64,000 bases of DNA from an uncultured Hyphomicrobiales bacterium (lineage in GTDB: Bacteria > Bacteroidota > Ignavibacteria > Kapaibacteriales > UBA2268). Location of the stretch: the NCBI GenBank assembly GCA_964524325.1, contig CAZGCT010000001.1, positions 172,164 to 236,163 of the forward strand, in the 5' to 3' direction. Shown here in pieces: positions 20,169 to 30,723 of the stretch (positions within the stretch are counted from its first letter, which is position 1; the number at the start of each line of letters is the position of its first letter). Position numbers and translations under genes: made by a program. The notes under the pieces were generated by a model, which was not told the origin of the DNA, made no database searches, and saw only the letters and a list, made by a program, of their open reading frames with translations.

Positions 20169-21788
20169 TCAAATTGAGACAACAAAATGGTAAAAGGGGG
20201 GCAATTCAACAATTTCCATGATTTTCTTTTGAAAATTGTTTTCCCCAAATTGTAAAATAGGGAATATTGTTGCAATACTTCTTTCTTGAAGTGTTCCATT
20301 GGGAAAGAGTAGATTGTTCAACGCAAAGACTTCTTTATGCTTCTGAATGATATTTCTTTTTTCAGCAGAGAATATTTTTGTAACATATGATTCAAGTTGT
20401 CGAAATGATTTTGTAAAATGAGCTTCCCCGCTAATGTTCAATGATTTGTCTAATTTTGAGCCAATTTCTTTAAGTCTGGAAAAAATTTCTGAAAACTCGG
20501 CAGAAATGCCCTTGATTTCATCTTGCAGAAGCAAATTGCGGTTGGCATTATAGATTTTTTCTTCGATCTCTTTTTTGGGTTTAAAAAGGAAATTAATTCC
20601 ATATTCCTCTAAAATATTCATGTATTTATTATGTAAAAATGTTATGGAATGGCGGGGTATAATTGTTGGCATTGTTATCCCGTACCAGGCATATAATTCT
20701 TTTAATTGGGTAGTGTAACCAATTTCGCTTGGACCAAGAACAGAAGCGATATTTGGAAGCAAATAGTCTTGGCAAATTGGGCGCAGAAGAACGTTTGGCG
20801 AGAATTTGTCTTGATTCTTTTCAAAAAACATAATAATATCTTTTTCTGAGATAGTAATATCATCAAGAATCCACATTTTGTTTTTGGTATTCCATTCAAC
20901 TTTTGCCCTTCTTTTATCTGAGTGGAAAAACAAATTAGGCAAAGAGTTTTTCGCTTGAATATGATAGCCTTGCGACCTTATCAGGTGATTTGCAGTTTCG
21001 ATTACAGTAAAACTAGTTCCAAAATTTTCAAATTCCCGCGATAAAATTTCTGCAAAAGCTTTTTGTTTCCTAAATTCTGATGCTGCTACGAAAAGTAACC
21101 CAAAGTCTTTGAAAAGGTAGTTATGAATACTTTGAAATGTATCGACAAGCCTATCCTTTTGGTCGAATAGTTCAAGTAGAAATTTTGAAAATGTTGGGTT
21201 GGATTCATCCTCTGAGTTAGTAAACAAGTAGGATTCTATAAGCTTCGAGTATTTGGTCGAAATAACGTATTCCGACAAAGAATTTTTCAAATTATTAATG
21301 CATTTTTCTTCTATAGGAATTTCTAAAACATCATTTTTTTTGTCCAGAAGAACTACTTGGAATGCCTCTACGCAATCGTGGTCGTTGTCCTCTATCCAGA
21401 ATATTGGGACAAAATTAAAGATTGGAAATTTTTCCTTTAACATTTGTGAGGTTTTGATTGCTGTTAAAGTTTTGTAAAATGTATAGAGTGGTCCACCGTA
21501 AATTCCGGGCTGTTGCCCGGCGACAACGACCAAAGTATTGTCCTGATCAATTAATTTTAGATTTTTTAATTGTTCTTCTGAAAGATCAAATTTGCTATTG
21601 CAATCTCCAACGATTTTCTTAAAAATCTTACGATTAGTGTAAGAGTTTAATTTTTTATCAATAAGATAAGAATTGGATAGTAAATTTTCTAAGTAAACAA
21701 ATCTCTCTTCGAAGAAGGAATTTTTTTTTAGAAAATCGCAAAACAACTTTGAAAAACCAGGTATTTCATCGAAGTTAAGTTTAATCAT
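20169..21788 (-). CDS. bshC: bacillithiol biosynthesis cysteine-adding enzyme BshC (putative)
   Basis: The protein is about 540 aa. The motifs GQQPGIYGGPLYTFYK and PIFWIEDNDHD match the conserved GQQ..GPLYT..K and P.FWI..EDHDFDE blocks of BshC. Confidence 0.65.
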   Translation of the reverse strand: MIKLNFDEIPGFSKLFCDFLKKNSFFEERFVYLENLLSNSYLIDKKLNSYTNRKIFKKIVGDCNSKFDLSEEQLKNLKLIDQDNTLVVVAGQQPGIYGGPLYTFYKTLTAIKTSQMLKEKFPIFNFVPIFWIEDNDHDCVEAFQVVLLDKKNDVLEIPIEEKCINNLKNSLSEYVISTKYSKLIESYLFTNSEDESNPTFSKFLLELFDQKDRLVDTFQSIHNYLFKDFGLLFVAASEFRKQKAFAEILSREFENFGTSFTVIETANHLIRSQGYHIQAKNSLPNLFFHSDKRRAKVEWNTKNKMWILDDITISEKDIIMFFEKNQDKFSPNVLLRPICQDYLLPNIASVLGPSEIGYTTQLKELYAWYGITMPTIIPRHSITFLHNKYMNILEEYGINFLFKPKKEIEEKIYNANRNLLLQDEIKGISAEFSEIFSRLKEIGSKLDKSLNISGEAHFTKSFRQLESYVTKIFSAEKRNIIQKHKEVFALNNLLFPNGTLQERSIATIFPILQFGENNFQKKIMEIVELPPFYHFVVSI

Positions 21789-21930
21789 TTTTTGTTAACT
21801 TTTTTCAAAATTTGTCTTGATAAAAACTCAAATTTAAAACAAGTTGTTATGTGTTGCTTTAACATTTAATATCTAACTAAAAGATAAATAAATGTTATTT
21901 GTATTCGTTTAGAATTTTTAACAAACTAAA

Positions 21931-22605
21931 GTGCAAATGGAAGCAATACTTCTTGATTTTACTGAATTATTAAATAAACGATTGCAAACCTTCATCCACA
22001 GTTTTTCTAAAGGATATCAAAGTACTGGTTCCCAGCTGCATCTAATTAAATTTCAGCAATTGAATATTATGGATTGTTTGGGTTGCACCGAGGATGTATT
22101 TTTCGTTCCCAATGGTGAATGTAAATGTATTGATGATCTCAGCGAAATTTACCCGAAACTTAAAAATAGTCAGACTTGGGTATTTGCACTCGACATTTCA
22201 AAAAACGAGACATTTCAAAAGTTTCCAAAAGTTCTAAATAGGCTGGAGCCTATGTTCCCAACTGTTTTAAATGGCTTAACTTCCTCTCCACAAAAGAAGA
22301 TACTATCTCTTCTCTTTTCCAAAACAAACGATGGGAATATCTCCTCTTTGCTAGATGTTTTCAATGAATTTTCAACGCTTTACAATTACAATTTTTTGGG
22401 ATGCGTGCATAGAACAAACTATGATATTCTTGAATTAATTCCAGAAAGAATAATTAACAGCTTCGGATTTGAAGATGACTATTTCAATTTAGCTTCTGAA
22501 TTGGCAGCGAAAGGCTCATTAAATAAGTTTTTACAAGAACGTTTGCAACGTCCAATTATTCAAGAAGAATTTTTGCTTCGTGATATTTTGAATTTAATAA
22601 AATGA
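21931..22605 (+). CDS. hypothetical protein
   Basis: A 224-aa ORF with good coding potential and no recognisable motif. Confidence 0.45.
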   Translation: MQMEAILLDFTELLNKRLQTFIHSFSKGYQSTGSQLHLIKFQQLNIMDCLGCTEDVFFVPNGECKCIDDLSEIYPKLKNSQTWVFALDISKNETFQKFPKVLNRLEPMFPTVLNGLTSSPQKKILSLLFSKTNDGNISSLLDVFNEFSTLYNYNFLGCVHRTNYDILELIPERIINSFGFEDDYFNLASELAAKGSLNKFLQERLQRPIIQEEFLLRDILNLIK

Positions 22606-22622
22606 TTTTGTTCCTGGTTTAG

Positions 22623-23231
22623 CTAATTATTTGTTTTAAATACCCAATCCCAAAAAGGCGAACTTACTCCATATCTTGAATTTTCATCGCTGTAATGGTG
22701 TTTCATATGATGAGATTTTATTTTTAAAAATAGCTTGCTTTTTGCACCAAAATGGTGAATTGCAAAGTGTATCATATCGTAAATTAAGTAACCTAAAACA
22801 AAACCTGCAAAAAAAGGCAAATTTAAATTGTTGGGGATTATTGTTTTGAATGTGAAATAAAAGAGAAATGCCAAAGGTATGCTTACCGACGGTGGCATTA
22901 CTAATCGTTTTGGGTCACGAGGATAACTATGGTGTATCCCGTGAAAGATAAATAGGAGTTTCGCCCCAATTTTAGTTTTTGGTTTGTAATGGAATACAAA
23001 TCGGTGAAGTAGATACTCGACGAATGACCACAAAAAAATACCAAGAATAAACAAAATTACAATCTTTACAATTGACAAATTGTAGTGAAAAGCAGAAAAG
23101 TAAAGCGAAATCAATATAACTGGTATGTAAATAATTAATGGAACATACCAACTTACTTTAGAGAAATATTCAATAAAATCACTTTTGAATAGGCGAGGGG
23201 TTACTTCTTCATTTGTTATAATATTTGCCAT
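22623..23231 (-). CDS. fatty acid hydroxylase/sterol desaturase superfamily membrane protein
   Basis: The protein has four TM helices and the histidine boxes HRFVFH, HGIHH and HHMKHH. Confidence 0.65.
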   Translation of the reverse strand: MANIITNEEVTPRLFKSDFIEYFSKVSWYVPLIIYIPVILISLYFSAFHYNLSIVKIVILFILGIFLWSFVEYLLHRFVFHYKPKTKIGAKLLFIFHGIHHSYPRDPKRLVMPPSVSIPLAFLFYFTFKTIIPNNLNLPFFAGFVLGYLIYDMIHFAIHHFGAKSKLFLKIKSHHMKHHYSDENSRYGVSSPFWDWVFKTNN

Positions 23232-23303
23232 ATTCGAAAGTAATTGTTAATTAGTTGAAACGAAGAAATATATTGATTATTATAATATTTGAAATTTGTT
23301 TAC

Positions 23304-23897
23304 TTAAAATTTTATTTCCTTTAAGTTTACTGCATATTTCAGAATTTTCAAATAATGATCCAAAGGTATTTCTATTGCACCAAGCAACTTTGTATGTTCG
23401 TTTATGAATTGGCTGTCCAATAAGACAAATTTTTTTTGCTTTAAATGCTCGACTAAATAGTAAAAAGCAACTTTCGAAGCATTGCTGACAAGGGAAAACA
23501 TAGACTCCCCGAAGAATGCTCCTCCAATAGCAACTCCGTATAATCCCCCAACAAGTTCCCCATCTTTAAAAGTTTCTATTGAATGAGCGAAACCTAGGTG
23601 GTGTAAGTTGATGTATGAGTTAATGATGACCTCGTTTATCCAAGAATCTTTGCGGTTTGCGCAACCTTTAATAACTTGCTCAAAGCAAGAATCTATTTTT
23701 ACTTGGAATATTTTTTTCTTAATAATTTTTTTTACGGAATGGGAGGGTTTCAAGTTATAAATTGGAAAAATTGCTCTTGGGTCGGGCAAGAACCATTCAA
23801 TAAGGCCGGTTTTTGGGTCTGCCATGGGAAAGATACCATTCATGTACCCTTCGAGCAAAAATTGCGGGCTAATTATTTTTTTCTTTTCAATTTCCAT
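23304..23897 (-). CDS. aat: leucyl/phenylalanyl-tRNA--protein transferase
   Basis: The motifs GIFPMADP, HSIETFKDGELVGGLYGVAIGGAFFGESMF are characteristic of L/F-transferase. Confidence 0.85.
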   Translation of the reverse strand: MEIEKKKIISPQFLLEGYMNGIFPMADPKTGLIEWFLPDPRAIFPIYNLKPSHSVKKIIKKKIFQVKIDSCFEQVIKGCANRKDSWINEVIINSYINLHHLGFAHSIETFKDGELVGGLYGVAIGGAFFGESMFSLVSNASKVAFYYLVEHLKQKKFVLLDSQFINEHTKLLGAIEIPLDHYLKILKYAVNLKEIKF

Positions 23898-23903
23898 TTA
23901 CCT

Positions 23904-25145
23904 TTACTTGTTGATATTATACAACAAAGAGGCATCGCCGTAACTTAAAAATCTGTAACTTTTAGAAAGTGCCTCTGAGTAAATTTTCTTCCAATCTTCT
24001 CCGACGAATGCTCCAATGAGCAAAAGCAATGTACTTTTTGGTTGGTGGAAGTTGGTAATCAAAGCATCAAAGAAATTGATTTTGTAATTTGGTGTTATGT
24101 ATAATTTTGTGCTCCCAGATATCTTATCGAAATTCTTTTGCGACATAACGTTAAGCATAAATTCAATTGATTCAATTGGATTTAGCTTTGATGGTACTTC
24201 TTTCCAAATGTACTGCTCTATTTCGAACGAGGGTTCCTCAACTATACCCTTTTTAAAGTGTAGCTTTTGTGCAAGCCAATAAATCGATTCCAATGTCCGG
24301 ACACTTGTTGTACCAACTGCAACGAACAATTGAGAATTAATTCGTTTTTTGAAGAAATCGTATATCTTTTGAAGGTTATCGTGGGTAATAGCAAATTTTT
24401 CATCGTGCATCTTGTGCTCAAAAATATCTTGGTTTTGAATTGGTTTAAAAGTTCCCATACCTATATGCAAGGTAATTTCTGAAAAGTAAATTTCTTTTTC
24501 TTCGAGCCGTTTAATTACATTCTCAGAAAAATGCAGGCCAGCTGTATGTGAAGCAACCGAGCCAAATTGATAACCGTATATTGTTTGATAGCGTTCCCGA
24601 TCCAAATCTTTACCTTCACGTTGAATGTAGGGTGGCAATGGAATTTTGCCCAAAGTTTCTAATATATCTAGAAATGAGTAATTTTCTTTTCTCCAAGTAA
24701 AATCGACAACATAATGGTCTGATTTTTTTTCGATAATATTGCAAAAAAACTCTGAATTGCCAAGGGAAGGATCAATTGGTAGCAAAGTAGAAATTTTCTT
24801 TAAGTTTCTTCCTCGAAGCAACGCTTTCCAAGTGCATTTACCTTTTGAAAGGAAGGCTATTTGTGGATCTGTCGATGGTTCTAAAGGTTCCAAGAGTAAA
24901 ACTTCAACCTTGCCTCCTGTTATTTTTTTGAAAAAGAGCCTTGCTGGAATAACCTTAGAAACATTTCTCAACAGAAGACTTCCCCTTGGAATAAGAAATG
25001 GTAAATCATAAAACTTATAGTGTGAAATACTTTTATCTTTTCTGTAAACAAGTAAATTACTTTCATCTCGGTTTGGAAGTGGATACTGCGCTATAAACTC
25101 TTTTGGTAAAGAATAGTCAAAATCTTCTACAGAATATCGTTTCAT
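23904..25145 (-). CDS. queA: S-adenosylmethionine:tRNA ribosyltransferase-isomerase
   Basis: The motifs DFDYSLPKEFIAQYP, IPLPPYI, TAGLHF, VGTTSVR and FLSYGDA are present. Confidence 0.85.
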   Translation of the reverse strand: MKRYSVEDFDYSLPKEFIAQYPLPNRDESNLLVYRKDKSISHYKFYDLPFLIPRGSLLLRNVSKVIPARLFFKKITGGKVEVLLLEPLEPSTDPQIAFLSKGKCTWKALLRGRNLKKISTLLPIDPSLGNSEFFCNIIEKKSDHYVVDFTWRKENYSFLDILETLGKIPLPPYIQREGKDLDRERYQTIYGYQFGSVASHTAGLHFSENVIKRLEEKEIYFSEITLHIGMGTFKPIQNQDIFEHKMHDEKFAITHDNLQKIYDFFKKRINSQLFVAVGTTSVRTLESIYWLAQKLHFKKGIVEEPSFEIEQYIWKEVPSKLNPIESIEFMLNVMSQKNFDKISGSTKLYITPNYKINFFDALITNFHQPKSTLLLLIGAFVGEDWKKIYSEALSKSYRFLSYGDASLLYNINK

Positions 25146-25241
25146 AAGTCGGAATTATATTTTTAAGTAAATATAACGAAAGAGTATACAAAAAAATGGA
25201 TTAATTTTGTCATTTATTCAATTTAGCTTTTTATAATTTTA

Positions 25242-25991
25242 ATGAAGAAAGAATTAATTTCGTTTGTAATACCCGTTTATAACGAAGAAGATAGGATTGA
25301 ATCAACTTTGGAAAAGGTTTGGAATTTCCTCGATTCCAATAAATTTGAATTTGAAATTATAGTCGTAGATGATGGTTCCACGGATAGAACACTTGAAAAA
25401 TTAAGTAAATACCAAAATCAAATTCAGATTATTAGTTACATTCCAAATAGAGGCAAAGGAGCGGCGGTTCGTGCGGGTATGCTTGCTTCGAAAGGTAAGT
25501 TTCGCTTTTTCTCCGATGCGGATTTGTCGACCCCAATATATGAAATTGAAAAACTTTTAGAGAAATTAAATAGTGGTGCCGACATTTGTATTGGTAGCAG
25601 AGCAATAAATCCATCACTAATTAAAAAGCATCAACCATTTTACCGTGAATTAATGGGAAAAATTTTCAATAAAATAGTTCAATTTTTGATTTTTAAAGGA
25701 ATTGATGACACACAATGCGGTTTCAAAGGTTTTACAGATAAAGCTACTGAGTTGGTGTTTTCCAAATCTAAAATAGATGGATTTAGCTTTGATGTGGAAA
25801 TTCTTTTTCTTGCAAAAAAGGCTGGACTTTTTATTGAGCAAGTACCAGTGGAATGGTATAATGACAAGAGGACAAAAGTAAATCCAATAAAAGATTCATT
25901 TAAAATGTTCTTAGAGTTATTAGAAATTAAAAAGTTACATACCAATACAATTTTTAAAAGTGAAGATCGGTTCGTTGACACTAAAATTTAG
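25242..25991 (+). CDS. family 2 glycosyltransferase (polyprenol-phosphate glycosyltransferase-like)
   Basis: The motifs ISFVIPVYNEE, VVDDGSTD and the DAD motif are present. The protein is about 250 aa and soluble GT-A. Confidence 0.7.
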   Translation: MKKELISFVIPVYNEEDRIESTLEKVWNFLDSNKFEFEIIVVDDGSTDRTLEKLSKYQNQIQIISYIPNRGKGAAVRAGMLASKGKFRFFSDADLSTPIYEIEKLLEKLNSGADICIGSRAINPSLIKKHQPFYRELMGKIFNKIVQFLIFKGIDDTQCGFKGFTDKATELVFSKSKIDGFSFDVEILFLAKKAGLFIEQVPVEWYNDKRTKVNPIKDSFKMFLELLEIKKLHTNTIFKSEDRFVDTKI

Positions 25992-27186
25992 ATTCCACGA
26001 AGTTTGGGAACGAAATCTCTTTTTCATATCCTTGTCTCAATTCATAGCTATGATGGGAATGAATGCTTGTGTTCCTTTTCTTCCCTTATATGTACGTGAA
26101 CTTGGAGTAGTAGGTGTTTGGTCAGAAAGGTTTTGGAGTGGGGTGGTATTTGCTGGGCCGTATTTTTTGTCCATCATTTTCGTGCCAATTTGGGGAAATC
26201 TTGGGGACCGATATGGCAAGAAGCTGATGATAATTCGTGCAATTCTTGGTCTTGCTTTAGCTATGTTTTTAATGGGTTTTGCAACTAATGTTTGGCAATT
26301 GTTTCTCTTACGTGTTTTTCAAGGTGCGACTAGTGGATTTATTGCGGCTAATCTTGGTTTCACTGTTGCTAATACCCCTGCTTACAAAAAAGGTTATGCA
26401 GTTGGTTTTCTTCAAAGTTCGCAATCTGCTGGTGCTATTGTTGGTCCAGTTCTTGGGGGTCTCGTTTCAGATATTTTGGGTTTTAGATTTGTCTTCTTTG
26501 TGGTTGCAGGTTTATGCTTAGTGAGTGCAATACTGATTGTTTTCTTTGTGAAAGAAATTATCAAGACAAATGAAAATAGTAAAGATAATGTTTTTTATGT
26601 TTTTAAACTAGTAACTACAGAAGGAAAGTATAAATACACCTTGCTAATGATTATTCTTGGCCAGGTTGGAATTTTTTTAACATTTCCAATTCTTCCTTAC
26701 TATCTTGAGCAACTTAATGCTCCAAATGATATTTTAAGTTCGATCACTGGAATTACGATAGGTTTGACAAGCGTTTTTAATATCATTTTTGCACCAATTT
26801 GGGGTAGATGGGCTGATAAATACACAATTAGCAATCTTTTAATCAAGTCCACTTTGATTTTAACTTTTACAATGTTGCTTCATAGCGTTGCTTTTAATTT
26901 CTTCTTTTTATTACCCTTGAGAATAATTCTTGGCATTTCCATAGCAGGACTTATTCCTTTGCTTTATTCTTATCTTGGAAAAGTTTCCGACCCCGAAAGG
27001 ATAGGAAGTATTATGGGATTTGCTTCTTCTGCCAATTTGTTTGGTTCTTTAGTGGCATATCTTGGTTCAGCTTTTATTGCACCTAATTTAAAACTGAACT
27101 GGTTGTTTGTAATTTCAGGATTAGTACTTCTGTTGGTCCTTTACATAGCTAGGAAGAGTATGCAAAATTCTGAGAAACAACCTTAG
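25960..27186 (+). CDS. MFS transporter
   Basis: The protein has 12 predicted TM helices. The MFS-like loop GNLGDRYGKK lies between TM2 and TM3. Confidence 0.7.
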   Translation: MKIGSLTLKFRFHEVWERNLFFISLSQFIAMMGMNACVPFLPLYVRELGVVGVWSERFWSGVVFAGPYFLSIIFVPIWGNLGDRYGKKLMIIRAILGLALAMFLMGFATNVWQLFLLRVFQGATSGFIAANLGFTVANTPAYKKGYAVGFLQSSQSAGAIVGPVLGGLVSDILGFRFVFFVVAGLCLVSAILIVFFVKEIIKTNENSKDNVFYVFKLVTTEGKYKYTLLMIILGQVGIFLTFPILPYYLEQLNAPNDILSSITGITIGLTSVFNIIFAPIWGRWADKYTISNLLIKSTLILTFTMLLHSVAFNFFFLLPLRIILGISIAGLIPLLYSYLGKVSDPERIGSIMGFASSANLFGSLVAYLGSAFIAPNLKLNWLFVISGLVLLLVLYIARKSMQNSEKQP

Positions 27187-28282
27187 AAATGACTTCCACA
27201 AGCCTTATTACTTTTGGGTAATTCATTCTTTTGGGTCCCAGCAAACCAATATATCCTACAGCATTTGTAATCCAATAAGGTGAAGCAATTATTGAAAAGT
27301 CGTAAAGGAGTTCGTTCTCTGTTTCACGACCTATTAGTATTTGTAAACTTGAACCCATTTGGTTATAAAATTTCTTAAGTACTTTTAAAATCAAACTGCT
27401 ATCTTCTATTAGGGTCATCATTCTTTTAATGTGTTCTGGTTCTTGAAATTCGGGATATTCCAATAGGTTCTTTGCCCCAAAAATCAAAGTTCTTTCTTGC
27501 TCTAAAAGACTGTTGTAGATTCTGTCGAAAAAATTGAAGAACAAATTAATAATTGGAAAATCTTTTATTTCTGTTTCTTCAATTAAGTTGAAAAAATTTT
27601 CGTAGATAAATCTTAAGGACTTACCAGAAATTTTTTCGTTAATGTAACTTGAAACGGACTCAACTTGGTTTTCGTCGATTTCAAATTCAGCCTCGATTGT
27701 TAGTGTTTCGACAAAATTTGAATTCAATGCTAAAATGAATAATAAATTCTTGGAAGAAAGCTTTATGATTTCCAGTTTTTGGACGGTAATATCCTGAATT
27801 TCGGGTATGACAATAATGCTAATATATTTGGATAAAAACCCTAATACTTTAGATGCAATTTTTAGCACATCTTCAAAATTCGCAGTATCTACTTTTTTGA
27901 ATTCTTCTTCGATTTTACTAAAATCTCTTTCAGTAGGTTTAACGTGAGGCAATAAAGAATCAATATAAAATCTGTAGCCTCTGTCGGTCGGTATTCTTCC
28001 AGAGGAGATGTGAGTTTGCTGTAAAAGTTCTTTATCTTCAAGTTCGCACATAATGTTGCGAATTGTAGCAGGGCTCAATTTTAATTTATTTTCTAGGTGC
28101 TTCGATAAAAGCCGGGAACCAATGGGTTGGGCTGTGGAAATATGCAATTGCACAATTGACCGGAGTACTAACTTTTCTCTTTCAGTCAAATCAATAATGA
28201 TTTCTTTAGATTTTATTTTTAAATTACTTTGTCTCATAATGAAAATTAAATATTTTAATTCTTTCAAAAAGACAAAATTCAA
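27149..28282 (-). CDS. hrcA: heat-inducible transcription repressor HrcA
   Basis: The N-terminal winged-helix region LTEREKLVLRSIVQLHISTAQPIGSRLLSK, the sequence SPATIRNIMCELEDKELL, and TDRGYRFYID are present. Confidence 0.8.
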   Translation of the reverse strand: MNFVFLKELKYLIFIMRQSNLKIKSKEIIIDLTEREKLVLRSIVQLHISTAQPIGSRLLSKHLENKLKLSPATIRNIMCELEDKELLQQTHISSGRIPTDRGYRFYIDSLLPHVKPTERDFSKIEEEFKKVDTANFEDVLKIASKVLGFLSKYISIIVIPEIQDITVQKLEIIKLSSKNLLFILALNSNFVETLTIEAEFEIDENQVESVSSYINEKISGKSLRFIYENFFNLIEETEIKDFPIINLFFNFFDRIYNSLLEQERTLIFGAKNLLEYPEFQEPEHIKRMMTLIEDSSLILKVLKKFYNQMGSSLQILIGRETENELLYDFSIIASPYWITNAVGYIGLLGPKRMNYPKVIRLVEVISKVVSQNFAYSS

Positions 28283-28321
28283 AGAAAATTATTTTTGTTT
28301 ACATGTAAAGTAAAACTAAAT

Positions 28322-29452
28322 ATGAAAAAGGTTGCAATTATTCTTGCTGGTGGAAGTGGTGAAAGGTTTTGGCCAATTAGTAGATGCCAAAGACCCAAGC
28401 AACTCCTTCCATTAAATACTGAAAAGACTCTGATTGAGGAGGCAATAGAAAGAATTTCCTCATTTATTTCCATTAACGACATTTTTGTATTTACAAACGT
28501 CACAACATTTGAACCAATAAAAATGGTTCTTAATTTTCTACCTCCTGGAAATATTATTCCAGAGCCTTTGAAAAAGAATACTGCTCCTGCGCTTGCTTAT
28601 GCAATGAGTTTTATTTTAGCTAAATATGGTTTACAATATAAAGAAAACCAATTGTTGATTGGGGTCTTTACGTCCGACCAGAAAATAGACCCTCTTGAAG
28701 GTTTCCAAAAGTCAGTAAACCTTGCTTTCGGCTCGGTTTCCAATCAAAATAAAATTGCGACTATAGGAATAGTCCCCTCGCGTCCGGATACAGCATTTGG
28801 CTATATTGAGGTCAAAAAGTCATCCGATTTCGATCATAAATTTATTTTCGATGTTCTTTGTTTTCATGAAAAGCCAACACTCGAAAAGGCAAAACACTAT
28901 CTTGAGTTGGGCAACTACTTCTGGAATAGTGGAATGTTCTTTTGGAGGTTAGATACATTTTTAAACGAAGCTAAAGTTCACATGCCAGAAATTTTCCAGA
29001 AAATTCAATCCTTAAAAGAAGTCTTTGAACGAAATAGTACTTATTTCTCTTGTATCGACCATTTTTTGAAAGACGTTGAACCAATTTACAAGTCTTTCCC
29101 CGACATTTCAATTGATTATGCTTTGATGGAAAAAACAAACAACATTGTTTTAGTGAAATCATTTTTTGATTGGGATGATATAGGCTCTTGGGATGCATTA
29201 GATAGGACAAAAAAACATGATGAATTTGGGAATGTTAACATTGGTAACAATTTGCTTCTTGACTCAAATAATTCAATTGTATTTAATCAATCGAAATTGG
29301 GTAAAATTAAAGTCTGTCTCATAGGAATGAACGATGTTGTTGTTGTTACCACAGATGATGCTGTACTTGTTTGCCCTAAAAAAGAAGTACAAAAAGTAAA
29401 AAAATGTGTGGAAATGTTGAAAAATAACCCAGAAGATAATGTTTTAATATAA
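28322..29452 (+). CDS. manC: mannose-1-phosphate guanylyltransferase
   Basis: VAIILAGGSGERFWPISR and PKQLL match the nucleotidyltransferase N-terminus. The start is taken at MKKVAIIL. Confidence 0.8.
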   Translation: MKKVAIILAGGSGERFWPISRCQRPKQLLPLNTEKTLIEEAIERISSFISINDIFVFTNVTTFEPIKMVLNFLPPGNIIPEPLKKNTAPALAYAMSFILAKYGLQYKENQLLIGVFTSDQKIDPLEGFQKSVNLAFGSVSNQNKIATIGIVPSRPDTAFGYIEVKKSSDFDHKFIFDVLCFHEKPTLEKAKHYLELGNYFWNSGMFFWRLDTFLNEAKVHMPEIFQKIQSLKEVFERNSTYFSCIDHFLKDVEPIYKSFPDISIDYALMEKTNNIVLVKSFFDWDDIGSWDALDRTKKHDEFGNVNIGNNLLLDSNNSIVFNQSKLGKIKVCLIGMNDVVVVTTDDAVLVCPKKEVQKVKKCVEMLKNNPEDNVLI

Positions 29453-29463
29453 ATGGAATTTTT

Positions 29464-30723
29464 ATGAAAATCCTAATTAAAGACATCTCTTCTTTAGTAA
29501 CCATTTCGGGAAATAATGGAGAACCTCGAAAAGGAAAATTGATAAGTGATGTGGGAGAGATTAAAAATGGTGCCTTATTTTTCGACAAAAATTTACTTTG
29601 GATTGGTACTACTGAAGAAGCCGAGGTAAAACTTCAAACCAACGAAGTTGTTCCCGATAAAGTTCTTTCCTTGAAAGGAAAAACAATTATTCCCGGTTTT
29701 GTCGATTCTCATACTCATCTAGTTTTTGCTGGGGATAGATCAGATGAATTTGCCAAAAGAATGGGTGGGGCAACTTATCGGCAAATTGCAGAAGAAGGTG
29801 GCGGAATTATCTCAACTGTTAAAGCCGTACGCAAAGCTTCTGAAGATGAACTTTTCGAAATTGCATACAAGTATCTTTTCAATGCAATAAGGCATGGAAC
29901 CATAGCAGTAGAAATTAAAAGTGGTTATGGGCTTGACACCCCAAACGAAATTAAAATTCTAAAAGTAATTGAAAAGCTGTCTCAGAATTTTCCAATATGT
30001 ATTGTTCCTACATTTTTAGGGGCTCACGATTTTCCTCCAGAATATAAATCCGATCCAGATGCCTATGTTGAGTTGATTTGCAACGAAATGATTCCGAAAG
30101 TGGCTGAAATGAATTTAGCAAAATATTGTGATTGTTTTGTAGACGAAGGTTATTTTACTTTTGAGCAGGCGGAGAAAATTTTCAAAATGGCTTTCGAATG
30201 TGGTTTGAATTTACGTGTGCATGCAGATGAACTTGCAGATGTTGGTGCGGCTGAGTTTGCTGCTTCATTCGGTGCGGTTTCCGCGGACCATTTGATTTTT
30301 GTCTCCGATTCAAGTATTAATGCTATGAAAAAGTCAGGAACAATTGCTACCCTTCTTCCGGGTACCTCGTACTTTTTACGTATGCCTTATGCACCCGCTA
30401 GAAAAATACTTGAAAACGAAGTACCTATTGCACTTGCTTCTGATTTTAATCCTGGTTCTTGTTTTACCGAAAATATGCAAATAATATTGTCATTAGCAGT
30501 TGTAAATTTAGGTTTATCGTGTGAGCAAGCTTTGGTTGCCTCCACAATTAATGGTGCTCATTCTCTTGAAATTGCAGGTTTGGTTGGTTCCCTTGAAGTT
30601 GGAAAAAATGCTACTTTCGTTGTTTTCAATTGTAGAAACTATGCCGAAATTTTTTATCACTTTGGGGTAAACAATGTTCAGTCTGTTTGGATTGAGGGAA
30701 ATAAATTTATTGAGAATAATTAA
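29464..30723 (+). CDS. hutI: imidazolonepropionase
   Basis: The motifs PGFVDSHTHLVFAGDR, LRVHADEL, and a C-terminal amidohydrolase Asp are present. Confidence 0.85.
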   Translation: MKILIKDISSLVTISGNNGEPRKGKLISDVGEIKNGALFFDKNLLWIGTTEEAEVKLQTNEVVPDKVLSLKGKTIIPGFVDSHTHLVFAGDRSDEFAKRMGGATYRQIAEEGGGIISTVKAVRKASEDELFEIAYKYLFNAIRHGTIAVEIKSGYGLDTPNEIKILKVIEKLSQNFPICIVPTFLGAHDFPPEYKSDPDAYVELICNEMIPKVAEMNLAKYCDCFVDEGYFTFEQAEKIFKMAFECGLNLRVHADELADVGAAEFAASFGAVSADHLIFVSDSSINAMKKSGTIATLLPGTSYFLRMPYAPARKILENEVPIALASDFNPGSCFTENMQIILSLAVVNLGLSCEQALVASTINGAHSLEIAGLVGSLEVGKNATFVVFNCRNYAEIFYHFGVNNVQSVWIEGNKFIENN

